DNA of 64,000 bases from Paraphysomonas bandaiensis (Eukaryota > Protista > Chrysophyceae), in contig CBFFRP010000295.1 in the NCBI GenBank assembly GCA_965644295.1, positions 62,001 to 126,000 on the forward strand. The letters are read 5' to 3'. The notes under the pieces are model-generated. The model worked only from the letters and a program-made list of their open reading frames with translations. It had not been told where the DNA came from and did no database searches. Below, in pieces: positions 35,539 through 48,053 of the stretch. The translations under genes were made by a program, and so were the position numbers. Each line of letters starts with the position of its first letter. Position 1 is the stretch's first letter.

Positions 35539-38268
35539 ATGATAAAACTCAACTATTTAATGAATATATATGAGAATATATGGAAATATACACCTATATG
35601 TATGACATGGACGTTTACTGTAGGATGTCTATCGGCTATATTATGTGTATTACCATCCCTCTTATCGCATGATAACACTGTACAAGAGTTATCTCCTGGG
35701 TATATATCAATGAAATCAAGTGTATTTAAAGAATCACTCATGGCATGTATTGTGGTTTCATTGCCGATGCTCCTCGATATCATCCTGGATTCACAAACTC
35801 ATAAATATACGGATTTTATATCTCGTTGTGGTCTTTTATTTTCATTATTAGCTGCTAATATTGTCATGTATTTCTATGTGGTTCCATATGGTACACTGGA
35901 TCTTCTTGGGTGTGTGTTAAATGCACGACTCAGTCTTTGCTATGGGAGTGTGTTATCTTTACTTGGACATTATGATCCTGCATTCTGGACGACACCAAAG
36001 TTGAAAATTGTTGGCATCACAATGTGTACCTCTCTTATCGTGATATCCTATGAAGTTTCATATCCTAATCCTACTATAGCGGCATTTTCAATTGTGGCGT
36101 ATATATTAGGATTTGTGGTGTATGCATACTTTGCCTTGCAGTATGTTTTCCTGCTCTCGTCCCAAAGCAGCATGCTGACGTCGAAGCAGCTCTGCGGCTT
36201 ATTTGCAACCGCTCCAATACCAATTTTCTTCACGTCTACCATACTACTTTTCATATTTCTGGGGGAGTTTGTCACTTGGCCGGCCTGGGCCATGGCGACT
36301 TGCGTATACATTCAGGGATTTATTACTATCATTGCAACTGTTTTACCAGGAAGGATATCGCGACGAGAGACTATATTAGCTGAGGTAAGTGTAAACAAAC
36401 GATAAATGGCCGTATGTGTATAATATGAGCCAGTATATGGATCGCTATTTTTATACATGATCCTAATTGTATATTATGATGCAGGAAGCGCTGTACAAGA
36501 AGAGCCTCTTCGTGCGTTATATATCTCATGAGGTTCGAACCCCACTCAACACTGTTTTCATGGGTCTCAGGCTTCTGCGAGATGTGTTATCAAAATACTC
36601 TCAATACCCTACCAATGATTGGATTAGAAAAGAGGGTATCGTTCACGACACTAACGACATTCTCGAGTCCTGTAATACAGCATTGACAATCTTGAATGAA
36701 ATTTTGGTGATAGATAAAATAGAAGATGGCAGACTCACGTTAAATCAAGAACTCGTTATGTTTTACCCATTTGTTGACGCCGTGGTAAAGCCATTCGGTA
36801 TCCAGGTTAGTACGTTGTTTATTTGGCATGATGCTATATGGTGGGGATGATTGTTGGTGGCAGCAATTTGTGTACACTCTATCTTACCAACTGTGGGTTG
36901 TGTATAATCGTTCAATGCAGGCTAGAGAAGCTGGAATATCGCTTCAGTACGATGATAAATTTTATACTGCACTAGGAGCCTATCCACCTCATTTTCTATA
37001 TGTGGATCGACCGAAAATGAGTCAAGTATTGCGGAACCTTCTCGCTAACGCTCTAAAGTTTTGCAGTGCGGGAGGACATGTCAGAATTAGTGCCCGACTT
37101 GAAGAAGTCGTGGAAAATAGCGATATTTTGGGGGGGAGTGGATATATAATGGAATCATCCCACGAGCAAAATATTTTTAGGCATAATGGTGTAACGTATC
37201 AGAAACGAGTTGTAGTTGTTGACATCCAGGACGATGGATGCGGAATCTCTCAAGAAAATCAGGTGAAGCTCTTCAAAGAGTGCGTTCAATTTCATGCCAA
37301 CGAACTCCAAGGGGGGGGAGGGAGTGGCTTAGGATTATTTATATCCAACAGTTTTGCTGAACTTCACGGCGGTTGTCTTCAGGTCCACTCAGAGGGTGAA
37401 CACAAAGGAAGTACATTCAGTCTACGCCTTCCAATATATTACCCTGACGAGTCCACAAGCACTTCTTTTGAGAAATGTAGTATGAAAATGGATCGATTAC
37501 CAATGGATGTGGAAACAGTTGGTACATCTGAGTTACCTAACCCTTACACCAAACCACCAAGTCCTGCCCTTGATGTGCCCCCCTCTAATGCAGATACGTT
37601 ATTGAATGATTCTTGCTGCTCAACATCCGAGGACAGAGACAACAAAGCCACAGAGTTAAGTTCTAATATTCCTCGTACTAGGCGTGAGTCGAAATCCACC
37701 GAGGAAGTTAAACAGAAACATGTACCAAGAGTTCTAGTGGTACGAACAATGCATTGTAACATGTTTTTTGTATGCTGTGGTCATTTTATGAGCTTATTGT
37801 TCACGTGCTAGTGTTTCGTATTGAGCACGTGATCTACAGGGTATATAATGCGTATTACTGCTCTAAGACTACTTTATTCAGGTTGATGATTCTGCCCTAA
37901 ACCGGAAACTGTTAGGCCGTATTTTGTCTAGAAACTTCGATGCTAATTTCGATCTTGCTTGTGATGGCATCGAGGCTGTGAATAAAGTCAAAACGAGTAT
38001 GGGTGAATTTGATATCGATCAATCACAACCGGAACCCTGTAGTGGCTTTGACGCAGTGTTTATGGATTTTGTTATGCCTAATATGGACGGCCCCACAGCC
38101 ACAAAAGAGATTCGAAAACTAGGCTTCAGAGGTAAAATCATAGGCATCACTGGAAATGTTTTACCTGATGATGTGGTGCACTTCAAAGAACACGGTGCAG
38201 ATGATGTGTTTGCGAAACCTATCGAAGTCGGCAAGCTGGCTGAGCTCTTCAAGCAATTGGGGCACTGA
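35539..38268 (+). CDS. Hybrid sensor histidine kinase: ~8-TM N-terminal domain, HisKA, HATPase_c, receiver
   Basis: H-box FVRYISHEVRTPLN; N-box QVLRNLLANALKF; G1 DIQDDGCGIS; G2 GGGSGLGLFIS; receiver VLV|VDDS..NR, VFMDFVMPNMDG, GITGN, KP; three GT-AG introns. Confidence 0.93.
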
Positions 38269-38759
38269 CCCCTTCGAGGATATCTTTTGTTGTTTATATT
38301 ATGGTTACGCTGGAAATCAAATATATCTCGCGTTTGATCTTGTCAGGTGTAGTCTGTTATATTCTCCAAGGACTATTGTAGTTGCTAGTTGTTGTATTTT
38401 TCTTTATGTGGTGTAGTACTAAAACAACAAAATGATGTGATGTTGTTGGTTTTCATGGGCATCCCTGAAAATTCTTTTCATGGAATCGACTATATTTGTA
38501 AGAATTTACTGTAGGCACACACAAGTAGTACTACGTATCTACGTATTGTTGTTACACAATATATTAAGACGCAGGGAGAATATACCCTCAAACTACACTA
38601 AAATCAATAATCTTCCCGTCCACAGCGATGTTATCCCCCTTCGTCTAGGATTTCGATAACATTTCATATATTGGAATCCTCTGTAAACGGTAAACGGGGC
38701 CAAAAATTACTCTGATTGTGGAGCATATACTGTCTCTCATGGAAATATTGTGGTAAAAC

Positions 38760-39910
38760 CAGGGCTGCGTATCAATTAATTGACGCAGGTTGTAGTCAAT
38801 TATAATTGCAATTATTACTTGCTGTCTCAATTTCAACTATTGCAATTAATTGCAATTATTTAGTAGTAAAATACACTAGCTGCGAATATAGCTACCTCAA
38901 CTGTCATTTCATTCCAGAGGCAACGACTCATGCGTAAAAACATAATTAGCACTAAATGTTGAGGAGTCAAGCTCTTGAGCAAGCCCGTCATAACAATCGT
39001 AGCTCTACTGAACAACCTTATAGGTTGTGCTATGTAAGTGTTTCATCCGTAACGAGTTTGCTGGTTATGTCTTGCTCGCTTCCGCTGCCTGCTACCATCA
39101 AACAAACGTTGCGCTGCGTCGTCATTCGGAGCTAGTAGACTCACACCGTTATAATCTTCTTCTTCCTCATCGAACAAATATATTTTAGTTTGATCCTTTG
39201 CCGTCCGAGTTACGGCTTCGTTGCCACATTGAATCTTCACGACTGCTTTTCGAAAGCAGCGTTATGAATAATAGCAGCACTGTCGCCCAGATGACGGTCA
39301 ACAATCGGGTGCATAATGAAGGGTTCGTCAATCAATGTGCAAACGTCGTGGAAGTCAAGCTGGTGTTAACCTTACTTCTGTAATTGTACTACACTTATTT
39401 TTATAATACAGGGCATAATATACATATGTATATACTCTCTGTATATAGGTGGATAGTCCTACAATTAGACTTTTAACACATCGGAACCAAACTCGAATAT
39501 GCTCGCATATGATTAGAAGCAAGTAGCGATCAATCACGGAAAATGTGGAGCCCCTTTTCCTGCAGGACAAATCTCTATTGCAGCCTTTTCGTTGTTATTA
39601 TCATCATTTACTTTCTCAAATAACACTCGTGCAATGACTTCTGGTGCCAATTTGTCGCTCCTATCGCTAATTAATTAAATGAATTACTATGTGAGATAAT
39701 CCTATGGATATTATTCAATTTTTATCCTAAAAATTGGATTTTTTTCTAAAAATGCCGTTTTTTAACAACTTTTCAGCATAAAAAGGTGGTTTTTTTAATA
39801 TCAATTAATTGAAGCTAGTTGGAGTCAATTATAATTGCAATTATGAATCGATGTCCCAATTTCAATAATTGCAATTTCAATAATTGACAATTAATTGATA
39901 CGCAGCCCTG
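38760..39910 (-). mobile_element. Non-autonomous hAT element (1151 bp) with transposase remnants
   Basis: Perfect 23-bp TIR CAGGGCTGCGTATCAATTAATTG; perfect 8-bp TSD GGTAAAAC at 38752-38759 and 39911-39918. A frameshifted remnant reads HLGDSAAIIHNAAFEK/AVVKIQCGNE. Confidence 0.92.
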
Positions 39911-40450
39911 GGTAAAACCAACGTATTATTTCCTAGTCACACCTTAATAGTGCAAAAAATTAGTCAAGGAGGTGAAAATCTGGTCGTCAAATAATTCGTA
40001 TTTTCAGTTTATAACATCGACTTAATGACTAGGATGACTAGATGCCTATGGCCTATGGTATTCGCCTAGCCATCAATTATCAATTAATGAATGCAGATAT
40101 TGAATTATATTCCTTTGACTAGGGTTTTACACCAAAGCTAGTGTGACAGGTAATGGAACCAATTTGACTAGGGTAAATAATATTTCCCTGAATTAAAAAC
40201 AAATTGTCTATATTAGGGGAGAAGTAATGACATTTTATTTTTACTTAAATTTTGAAGTTAACAATAATACATCACATAGAAATATTATTACCACAACAAG
40301 GCCATTTTGCAAAATTTAACGAGGTAACAAATTTATATAACACAAAAATCGATAGAAGTCTCCAAAATGTAACCAGAACAGCCAAGTATAAAGCGAACTA
40401 AGCAACCACGATGAGCATCATCGAGAATAAAGATACCGTATTTACCATTT

Positions 40451-42829
40451 TCATAGAGGTTTGTTCGATATATACTTGAGTTGACATTCTTTCAGACGAC
40501 GTGCATCTACATATATGCCATTTATACAGTTGTCTGTGTAACAAATAACACCACTCACCAAATAAACATTTATTCATGTCACACTCCTTAACGGGTCGAA
40601 TCAACACCATCTGTCCTCCACATTGCACAAAGTCATCGTTTGTAAGTTTAAACTTTACATTAGAGATCAGCACTGCGGTACCAACATACCCCATTGCGCG
40701 CATTCTCGAAACCAGTGAGCACGCACCCATTCCAGATAGTGAAGTGTGTACAAGCACTAAATCGAGCGTGCGGCCGGTATACAGGGAAGTACGTACTTGC
40801 TCAATCAGATCAGAGACAGTGAAAGCACAAGCGATTCCACTAACAGATCCTCGCAGCATGTCAATTGTATGTCTACACTCTTCACGACTAGAACTCCCGA
40901 TCAGGACACGAAAGGATACAGATCCATCACTCTGTCCAATATTATCAGTACCACTGTATAAATACTCATCATCGGCAGGTATATTGATTCTCTCAGTAGG
41001 CAGAGTGGGTTCAGCTCTAACAATAGGCAGTTCGATGTATAAAACCCAGCGTGTGTCTTCTCTCTTCAGTGCACCCATACAGCCACCATGCATCTCCATA
41101 ATGCACTTACACACTGTAAGACATCATGCATTAGACTACCTCGCATCAATGTAATCACAATCATGCATATTCAAATTATTAGTTCGCACCCCAAAGAGGT
41201 AAATTCGGTGGATGAGCATCCATAGCGGTAACGCGGCTACATTCCATTGCGGCCTGAAATATCTCTTGTTGTTTACTCTGAGAACAGAGATTTGGGAAAG
41301 TGAAATCAAAGTACGAAATAAGAACTAACCCATTCTAGTTGACTAGACGACACTTCTACACGCAGAACGGCCCCGGTTTGATTAGTCGGCTTAATGTCTG
41401 CTACATGTACCCGATTGTCCTTTCCCAACAACACCCCTTTCTCCAACACTGACGGAGGTTGCCTCCGAACCATAGAACAGTTCACTTGCACTTCGTCATT
41501 ACACATAGATATGAATACCGCCTGCATAACAAGGGACTGAAACGCATGTCGAACAAGCTTCTCGTCCATACTGACAAGGAAGCCATGAAAAGGTGTTGTA
41601 CCCATAGTGTTTACAGCCAAACGTACCCCTCGTTGTCTTCCCTGTATTACCTATTACTACTATGATGTAAACATTGTTGTTGAACGCACCGCTCGTACCA
41701 ATGGTAAGAGGGCGCTTCGTAATATTCCTATGCAAGGGAGTGGGGCACGGCTCAAAGTAAGAGCACAGTCTTCAATGTCATTCGCAAGCAACGCGCTTTC
41801 CAATACCAAAAGAGCGGCATCACACGAGGTCCTGACAGCCCGAAGGGACATATATGTCCCTTCAGGCCTGTCCAAAGCACGATCCAACGCAACAATGATT
41901 CCGTCTATTGAACTGCGGTACTCACGTGAAAGATTTTGTATAAGTCCCGCTTTGGCCGCTACCATCCACTGTCATCACCACTGTACTTACAAAACACTTC
42001 CAAATAGATATGTTAACTGACATGTAGTTCACACCTGTGACATCTCCCGGTCTTTACGCGCTGCGTGGGAAGAAAAGGCCACTGCAGAGGCACTTATGAT
42101 AGAATCCACTACCATGTATCCTGCCAGACCAATGTTGCTGTACACTTCATGCGCCCATCCACCGACGTATAACTTTATAGAAGACTTAACTAGTAATCCA
42201 CTGGCAATCATCAATGAGTAATATGGATAGAATTTTTCACAGGAACATCTATTATTGTTCCCAATATCCACTGGCTCTCTTAATATGTCTAATACGACCG
42301 CCAACAGTACTGCTATGGATAACATAAAAAGTATACGCACGCAGAGTACAAGACTATACGGTAAACAATAAGTGCATAGAGTAGACCATAACATGACAGT
42401 GGCATGTAAACCAAATATAAATATGATACCAAAATATATCATTTGTCTCATATAAGTGAACCTTTTATCAACAAACATAAAGCTCATCAGTGCTCCACGT
42501 ATCCATACATCTCTGAGAGCAGTTATACAAAGAATAACTGGAATGGAAGTAGTATACATCATCATGATATGGGGGACTAGGAGGGATACTATATGAACCC
42601 ATCTGGATGCTGTGAGAGTGGTGTGTAAGTCCCTATCTAGCCATGCCTCTATAGCTAGTGGTAGTGTGATTGCTATGGTCATTAGAGATATGTGTGAGAT
42701 GATCTCATAGCCAGCATAGTCTGATATCAGTTGAGTGCTATAGAGTGTATGGTGTAGTAGTGGAGTGATGGATAAGCATGAGAGAAGGAAGGATGTCATT
42801 AGAAACACATGTGATGTTGATAGTAGCAT
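40451..42829 (-). CDS. Degenerate (pseudo) hybrid histidine kinase, paralogue of the 35539-38268 gene
   Basis: Homologous ~8-TM domain; H-box-like LIQNLSREYRSSID; N-box-like DEKLVRHAFQSLV; CKCIMEMHGG; receiver-like RVLIGSSS, LDLVLVH, LIRPV. Six exons splice in frame with canonical GT-AG. Confidence 0.8.
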
Positions 42830-43142
42830 GATTGTATGAGAAAGTGTTATAGTTTGTATATGTGTGTATGGTTATGTATGTATGGAGGGTGTGTATCTTA
42901 TGTATGGATAGGTGCACTTCATGTACTTATGTATGTATGTATGTATGTGTATCTATATGGAGTGTGGTGTATTGAAGAGAGTGTATCTTCATAGAAGGGC
43001 AGGAAGATGAAGTGATGATGTTGTGAGCCATATGAGGCGATTGAAACACATGTCCACAGCAGTACACGATATCCATGTCTATGAAGGCAGATACTGTATA
43101 TGGAGTTAGAAGTGTGTACTACACGACTGCTGTGGTCGTCTA

Positions 43143-43242
43143 TACATACATACATACATACATACATACATACATACATACATTCATACATACATACATA
43201 CATACATACATTCATACATACATACATACATACATACATACA

Positions 43243-43276
<34 letters not shown>

Positions 43277-43699
43277 CATACATACATACATACATACATA
43301 CATACATACATACATACATACATACATACATACATACATACATACATACATACATACATACATACATTCATACATACATACATACATACATACATACATA
43401 CATACATACATACATACATACATACATACATACATACATACATACATACATACATACATACATACATACATACATACATACATACATACATACATACATA
43501 CATTCATACATACATACATACATACATACATACATACATACATACATACATACATACATACATACATACATACATACATACATACATACATACATACATA
43601 CATACATACATACATACATACATACATACATACATACATACATACATACGTACATACATACATACATACATACATACATACATACATACATACATACAT
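43143..43699. repeat. (TACA)n microsatellite, ~140 units with a few variant units, between divergent genes
   Basis: Directly visible. Confidence 0.98.
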
Positions 43700-43883
43700 G
43701 CATGTCGTTAGGTGGACTGGAGTTTGTAATTCCACTCACGAGGGTGTGGAATATGCACGTACAATGCACAAGATAGTCTTGTCTCTTGTATCCCATTAGA
43801 GGGTAATCATAGTCATTCATTCGTATCTTGTGTAGTGATATATATATACGTATAGCCCCTCATACATACACACACATACATAT

Positions 43884-46474
43884 ATGGATACAGTGGGTGT
43901 ATTACTCGAAGAATTTTACTTAGATCTTAATGGGAAAGATCCCTATGCACTTGTGGATCGTCTAAGATCACTAGAGGATGTGATGTTATCATGTGATGAG
44001 GAGTGTGTAGACGTTATCAGAGAGATCGTATCAGACTGTCAAAAGAAAGCTGCACAGGTAATACTTTACTATGTTTATATGATTACTAATGTTATATAGA
44101 CTCTTCGTGGACGTTATTCGGATACAGTAAGGAATATTATTACAGGTTGTCGTAAACAGTTACGTTCTAGAGCGGCACTAGATTCTGAGAGCTCAGCACA
44201 ACATGGACAGCGGCATCTTAATGCTGTGTTAGATCTACTTGGGCGTTGGAGCAATATTGTTGCTGAGCTGGTAGATATGCAACCATCGGAAAGTGTGCTT
44301 TTGATGAGTGTGAAACCCTTACATGGACGTGTGGCGGAAGCCGCCTTTGGGTGCTACGAAGAACTCAGTGAAGACCGAAGTTTGCCATCGTTGTGTACCA
44401 AGACATTAGGTCGAGAAAAGACAGGAGAGAATGCAGTGCATATGAGTTTATCTTCTCTTGATTATCTAGTGTCACAAGTGTCTGCTATGCGTACTGTTGT
44501 ATCCCAATACCAATCATTCCTTCGCCTTCACGGGTTGGAGACTCTTGCTGGAGACAGTGAATTAAGCCGTTGGCGGGAGGTAGAGGACGTGTATGGCGTG
44601 CTAGAAGGGGCGTACTTGCACCGTGCTGTAGAGGAAGCATTACGCGAGGGCGCTCGTAGTCTGTTAGAGGTTCAGATTGGAGTATTTATTATCCAGGCAG
44701 TAGAAGACGTATTCTTCATCATGTCTCGAGTTCTCGGACGTGCCTTGGATCTTAACATCGATAGTGTGATTGCTGTAGTAGGGAACCGAATAGTTGAATT
44801 ACTAGATCCGCCGGACCCCTGTGGAACAGAAGACGGGGAACTGAGGCTGTATTCTCTTTTATGCTCTAGGGAGGGATGCCGTGGTGTGTGTGTTACTACA
44901 CCAGTTATCGATGGAGAGGATTGTACTACCCCTCGAAAGCCTCAACGAGTAATGGGAGCTGACGATAATGAGGGCGAGGAGGATGAGAATGCTGTCGAGA
45001 AGTTAGCTAGTGATATAGGAGCAGATCTTGCCGTTGGAACAATGGCATTGGCCGGGGCTGCAGGTAAGGAAGTTCTGTAGTACATATATCTACGTCGCCT
45101 GTGGTGTACTGTATATTTGTACATGTTAAAACCAAGTAATGATGATTGTTATATATGATTAAAAAATTTTAATTTATATAACTGGTATTTATGTGTTTAG
45201 GCGAGTGGTTAGCGGCTTTTACGAGCCCTTCCCATAGCGCTCCGAGCAGCAGTAGTGGAGTGGTAAGCACCCCCACATATTCTACACCCCCAGTCTCCGG
45301 CAGTAGTAACCGAGGCACCCCTGCTGCTCGCACACCGGATCTACAAACTGCCCTTGTGGCAGCCTTAGAGGCAGATTGTGATGAATCCAATAGGGATGAC
45401 ATGTTGCAAATAAATGAGCAAGCGGTGTATCTAAATTCGCTTGAGACAGCGCGATCGTCTGTTCAACGCCTCGGAGACACTGTTAGCGGAACTGCTGACG
45501 ATGAGAGTATACACTTAAGATCTATACCTATTCTCACACAGGTAATATATATTTCTCAACCAGTTTGTTTCGAGTTGGTGTTTGGTATATACATAATATC
45601 TTATAGATTTTATTGGGTATAATAATAACTTCGTGTCGTAGGAGCTCGTGAGATCAACCAACGTCTACAAACAACTACTATATAATGAACTTGATTCTGT
45701 CATTCGCTATCACGTGTACGAGCAACTATTTGAGGCTGTGAGTGAGTTCTTACATCCATCCGAAACTGTTACCCGAAAAGAAGTGGTTCCTGGGTACAGT
45801 GGACCGTTTGTTATATCCGGTGAGGAGGGAGACCGAAGGGGATCTGAACCTCATACCCCTCTATCACGGACGGTGCTATGGGTTTTAGGTACTGGAGACG
45901 ATGAGTTTGAATTCTGTACTTCAATGCGGCGCTTACTTTCCACCGCTTGCTACCATGAAGTAAGGAGTCTATAAATATCATCATGATTGCCTTCTAATAT
46001 TACACGTAGTTCTTGTCTGCTATTGGACGGGAAATAAGTGATCTGTTGATGAATGGCATAATAGGATGTGAAGGAGAACAAGGAACAAATTTCAACGAGT
46101 GGGGGGCGCTGCTACTTTATGATCAGGTATTGTTTGTGTATATTTCATGCGATGTTAAAAATGCTGTTGTATATATGACCAATGTGTGTATGTAATATCT
46201 GCCGTATCCCTTTAAAAACACGCAGGTAACTAAAGCCATACAAATATTTGAGGAAGGTACTATGGCAGCCACCGATGAGAGTGTGAAATCATGCTTTACG
46301 CCATTGTTATGGGCCTTAAAAGTACTCACTCTTGACAAGCCTGCGGATATAAAGCGCTACGCTGTGCCGAGTGCGTGCAAGGATATCGTAGATGCGACTT
46401 TTATTCGTAAACTGTTAGCGAAAAGAGTTGACTTCTCAAGGGAAGCCATATCTAGAATAAAGTTAGATGGATAA
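43884..46474 (+). CDS. COG4: Conserved oligomeric Golgi complex subunit 4-like protein
   Basis: LEGAYLHRAVEEAL, VEDVFFIMSRVLGRAL, VYLNSLETA, FNEWGALLLYDQ, LDKPADI and the C-terminal IRKLLAKRVDFSREAISRIKL match the COG4 pattern; multi-exon. Confidence 0.72.
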
Positions 46475-46883
46475 GATTCCATGTAGTGTATTGTTAGGGG
46501 AATCGGTTAGCTTGTAAATAATCCTTTGCTAATGCACTGCGAGCTTATATTTTACATTTTACTATCTTGAGTAGTAGTTTTTAAGTTAGTATGTGTCTGT
46601 TGTCTATAGTTGAATCTTGTCTACATTATTATTTTAGCATTGCCCATTACATGAACATTTCCTAGTACAATGATTGTGGCGATTGAAGCAGAGCATGCAC
46701 AACTATTTATGCGCGAGTATTCCGTATTTGCCGCTGCTATAAGCTAATATGAAGTGGAGACCACACGATATGCTAGCGACTACCAGGTACAATAACCCAT
46801 ATATTTAAGATTCAATTCATTAGACTCGTATTGCTCAATATATTACATTATTGCTAGCTCACGAACACCGAAATTAATTCTTG

Positions 46884-47309
46884 TTATTCACTTGCCACAG
46901 CCTCTTTCTCTTCTTTGAGCAGCTCGTTGACAGCATTTCTAACAGCATCAGGTTCCCCACTCTTTACTCTTTTTTCCACTTCTTTCTTCCATTTGGCACT
47001 GCTCATTTCTTCAGTAATCTGATCCATTTTATCTCCTAATTCTTTTGTAATAGCAACATCTTTGGCCCCCTCCTTTATAAGTCTATTATTATTAGCAATC
47101 CCAGTCATTAATCCCACTCCCACAAGAACTCTCATTCCAAACATGAAGTAATCATTAGTATCTGATGTTTCTTTAGTGGGAATTTCATCAGCTTTAAGCG
47201 GTGTGTTGTTGCTTTTTGGAGAGGATTTCGTACACATATTACGAGAGAATATAGAGCGTTGTAATGGGTGTTTACCCCATCTTGAATGAAGAGAGAATAG
47301 ACGGTTCAT
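46884..47309 (-). CDS. Small single-pass membrane protein with a probable mitochondrial targeting peptide
   Basis: 141-aa ORF with an R/S-rich, acid-free N-terminus, one hydrophobic helix (FMFGMRVLVGVGLMTGIA) and a charged helical tail. Confidence 0.6.
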   Translation of the reverse strand: MNRLFSLHSRWGKHPLQRSIFSRNMCTKSSPKSNNTPLKADEIPTKETSDTNDYFMFGMRVLVGVGLMTGIANNNRLIKEGAKDVAITKELGDKMDQITEEMSSAKWKKEVEKRVKSGEPDAVRNAVNELLKEEKEAVASE

Positions 47310-48053
47310 TGAGTAGGAGTGATATCTTAATGGTATGGTATGGTATGGTATGGTATGTGTGTATATGTGATGAGTTGGGTCTAGATTTATTCACAGTCAC
47401 AAGTTTGGTCTCAGATTATACGTATATATATCTGACTATTTTAGTTCTGAAAACATGATTTTGCTTCATAATATTCCTACTTTTTATATTATTAGAGTTG
47501 TTTTAGTAGAATATATATAGTTTTTAGACAACACTGGAATAGTATGAAGATGCCTCCATATACCACTGCAGTGTATGTACGATCGTAGTCCACTCTGTGC
47601 ATACAAACCAACGATTATATTTTCTCGGAATTCTATGAAAAACAACACATGGATCAGAAAACTCCTATTTTCAAGCCTTCTCCAGACGTTACTCTATAAA
47701 ATCCAGAAATCTAGCACCTAAAATGATAAGTTATGGAAAATCCTGTAGTTCAGTAAGCGAGTTTTCTCTATAGGTTCACAGCATTGCTTCATAGTTCCAT
47801 TAAAGTTACCACTAGCATAACATAAAGACTAATCTATCACATAAGGGACAAGATATCTTTCAAGAAAGATTAAACAAGATGTTGTTATAGACCCTTCTGC
47901 CCTCTGAGGGTCTTCGTTATCTATTAGTAGTTATGGGGAACAGTACGTATATATATATACATAGATGTCTATCTCTCTAAGTATATGTTATTATCAGTAA
48001 CAGGAGTGTTGTTATCTAGAGAAAAGATATACAAACGACAGGAATCGATCGGT

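Noticed and set aside
35539-36385. Histidine-kinase rhodopsin
   Set aside because: No Schiff-base Lys motif (DxxxK) in the last helices, no RYxxW helix-C motif, and about 8 helices of different character.
38572-40190. Older CAGGGA...TCCCTG element hosting the 38760 hAT insertion
   Set aside because: Only a partial terminal match and no TSD; cannot be supported without other copies.
47455-47560. Faint similarity to the 135-bp promoter module (TTTTGCTTCA..ATATTCC, AAGATGCCTC)
   Set aside because: Matches are short, out of order and in AT-rich sequence.
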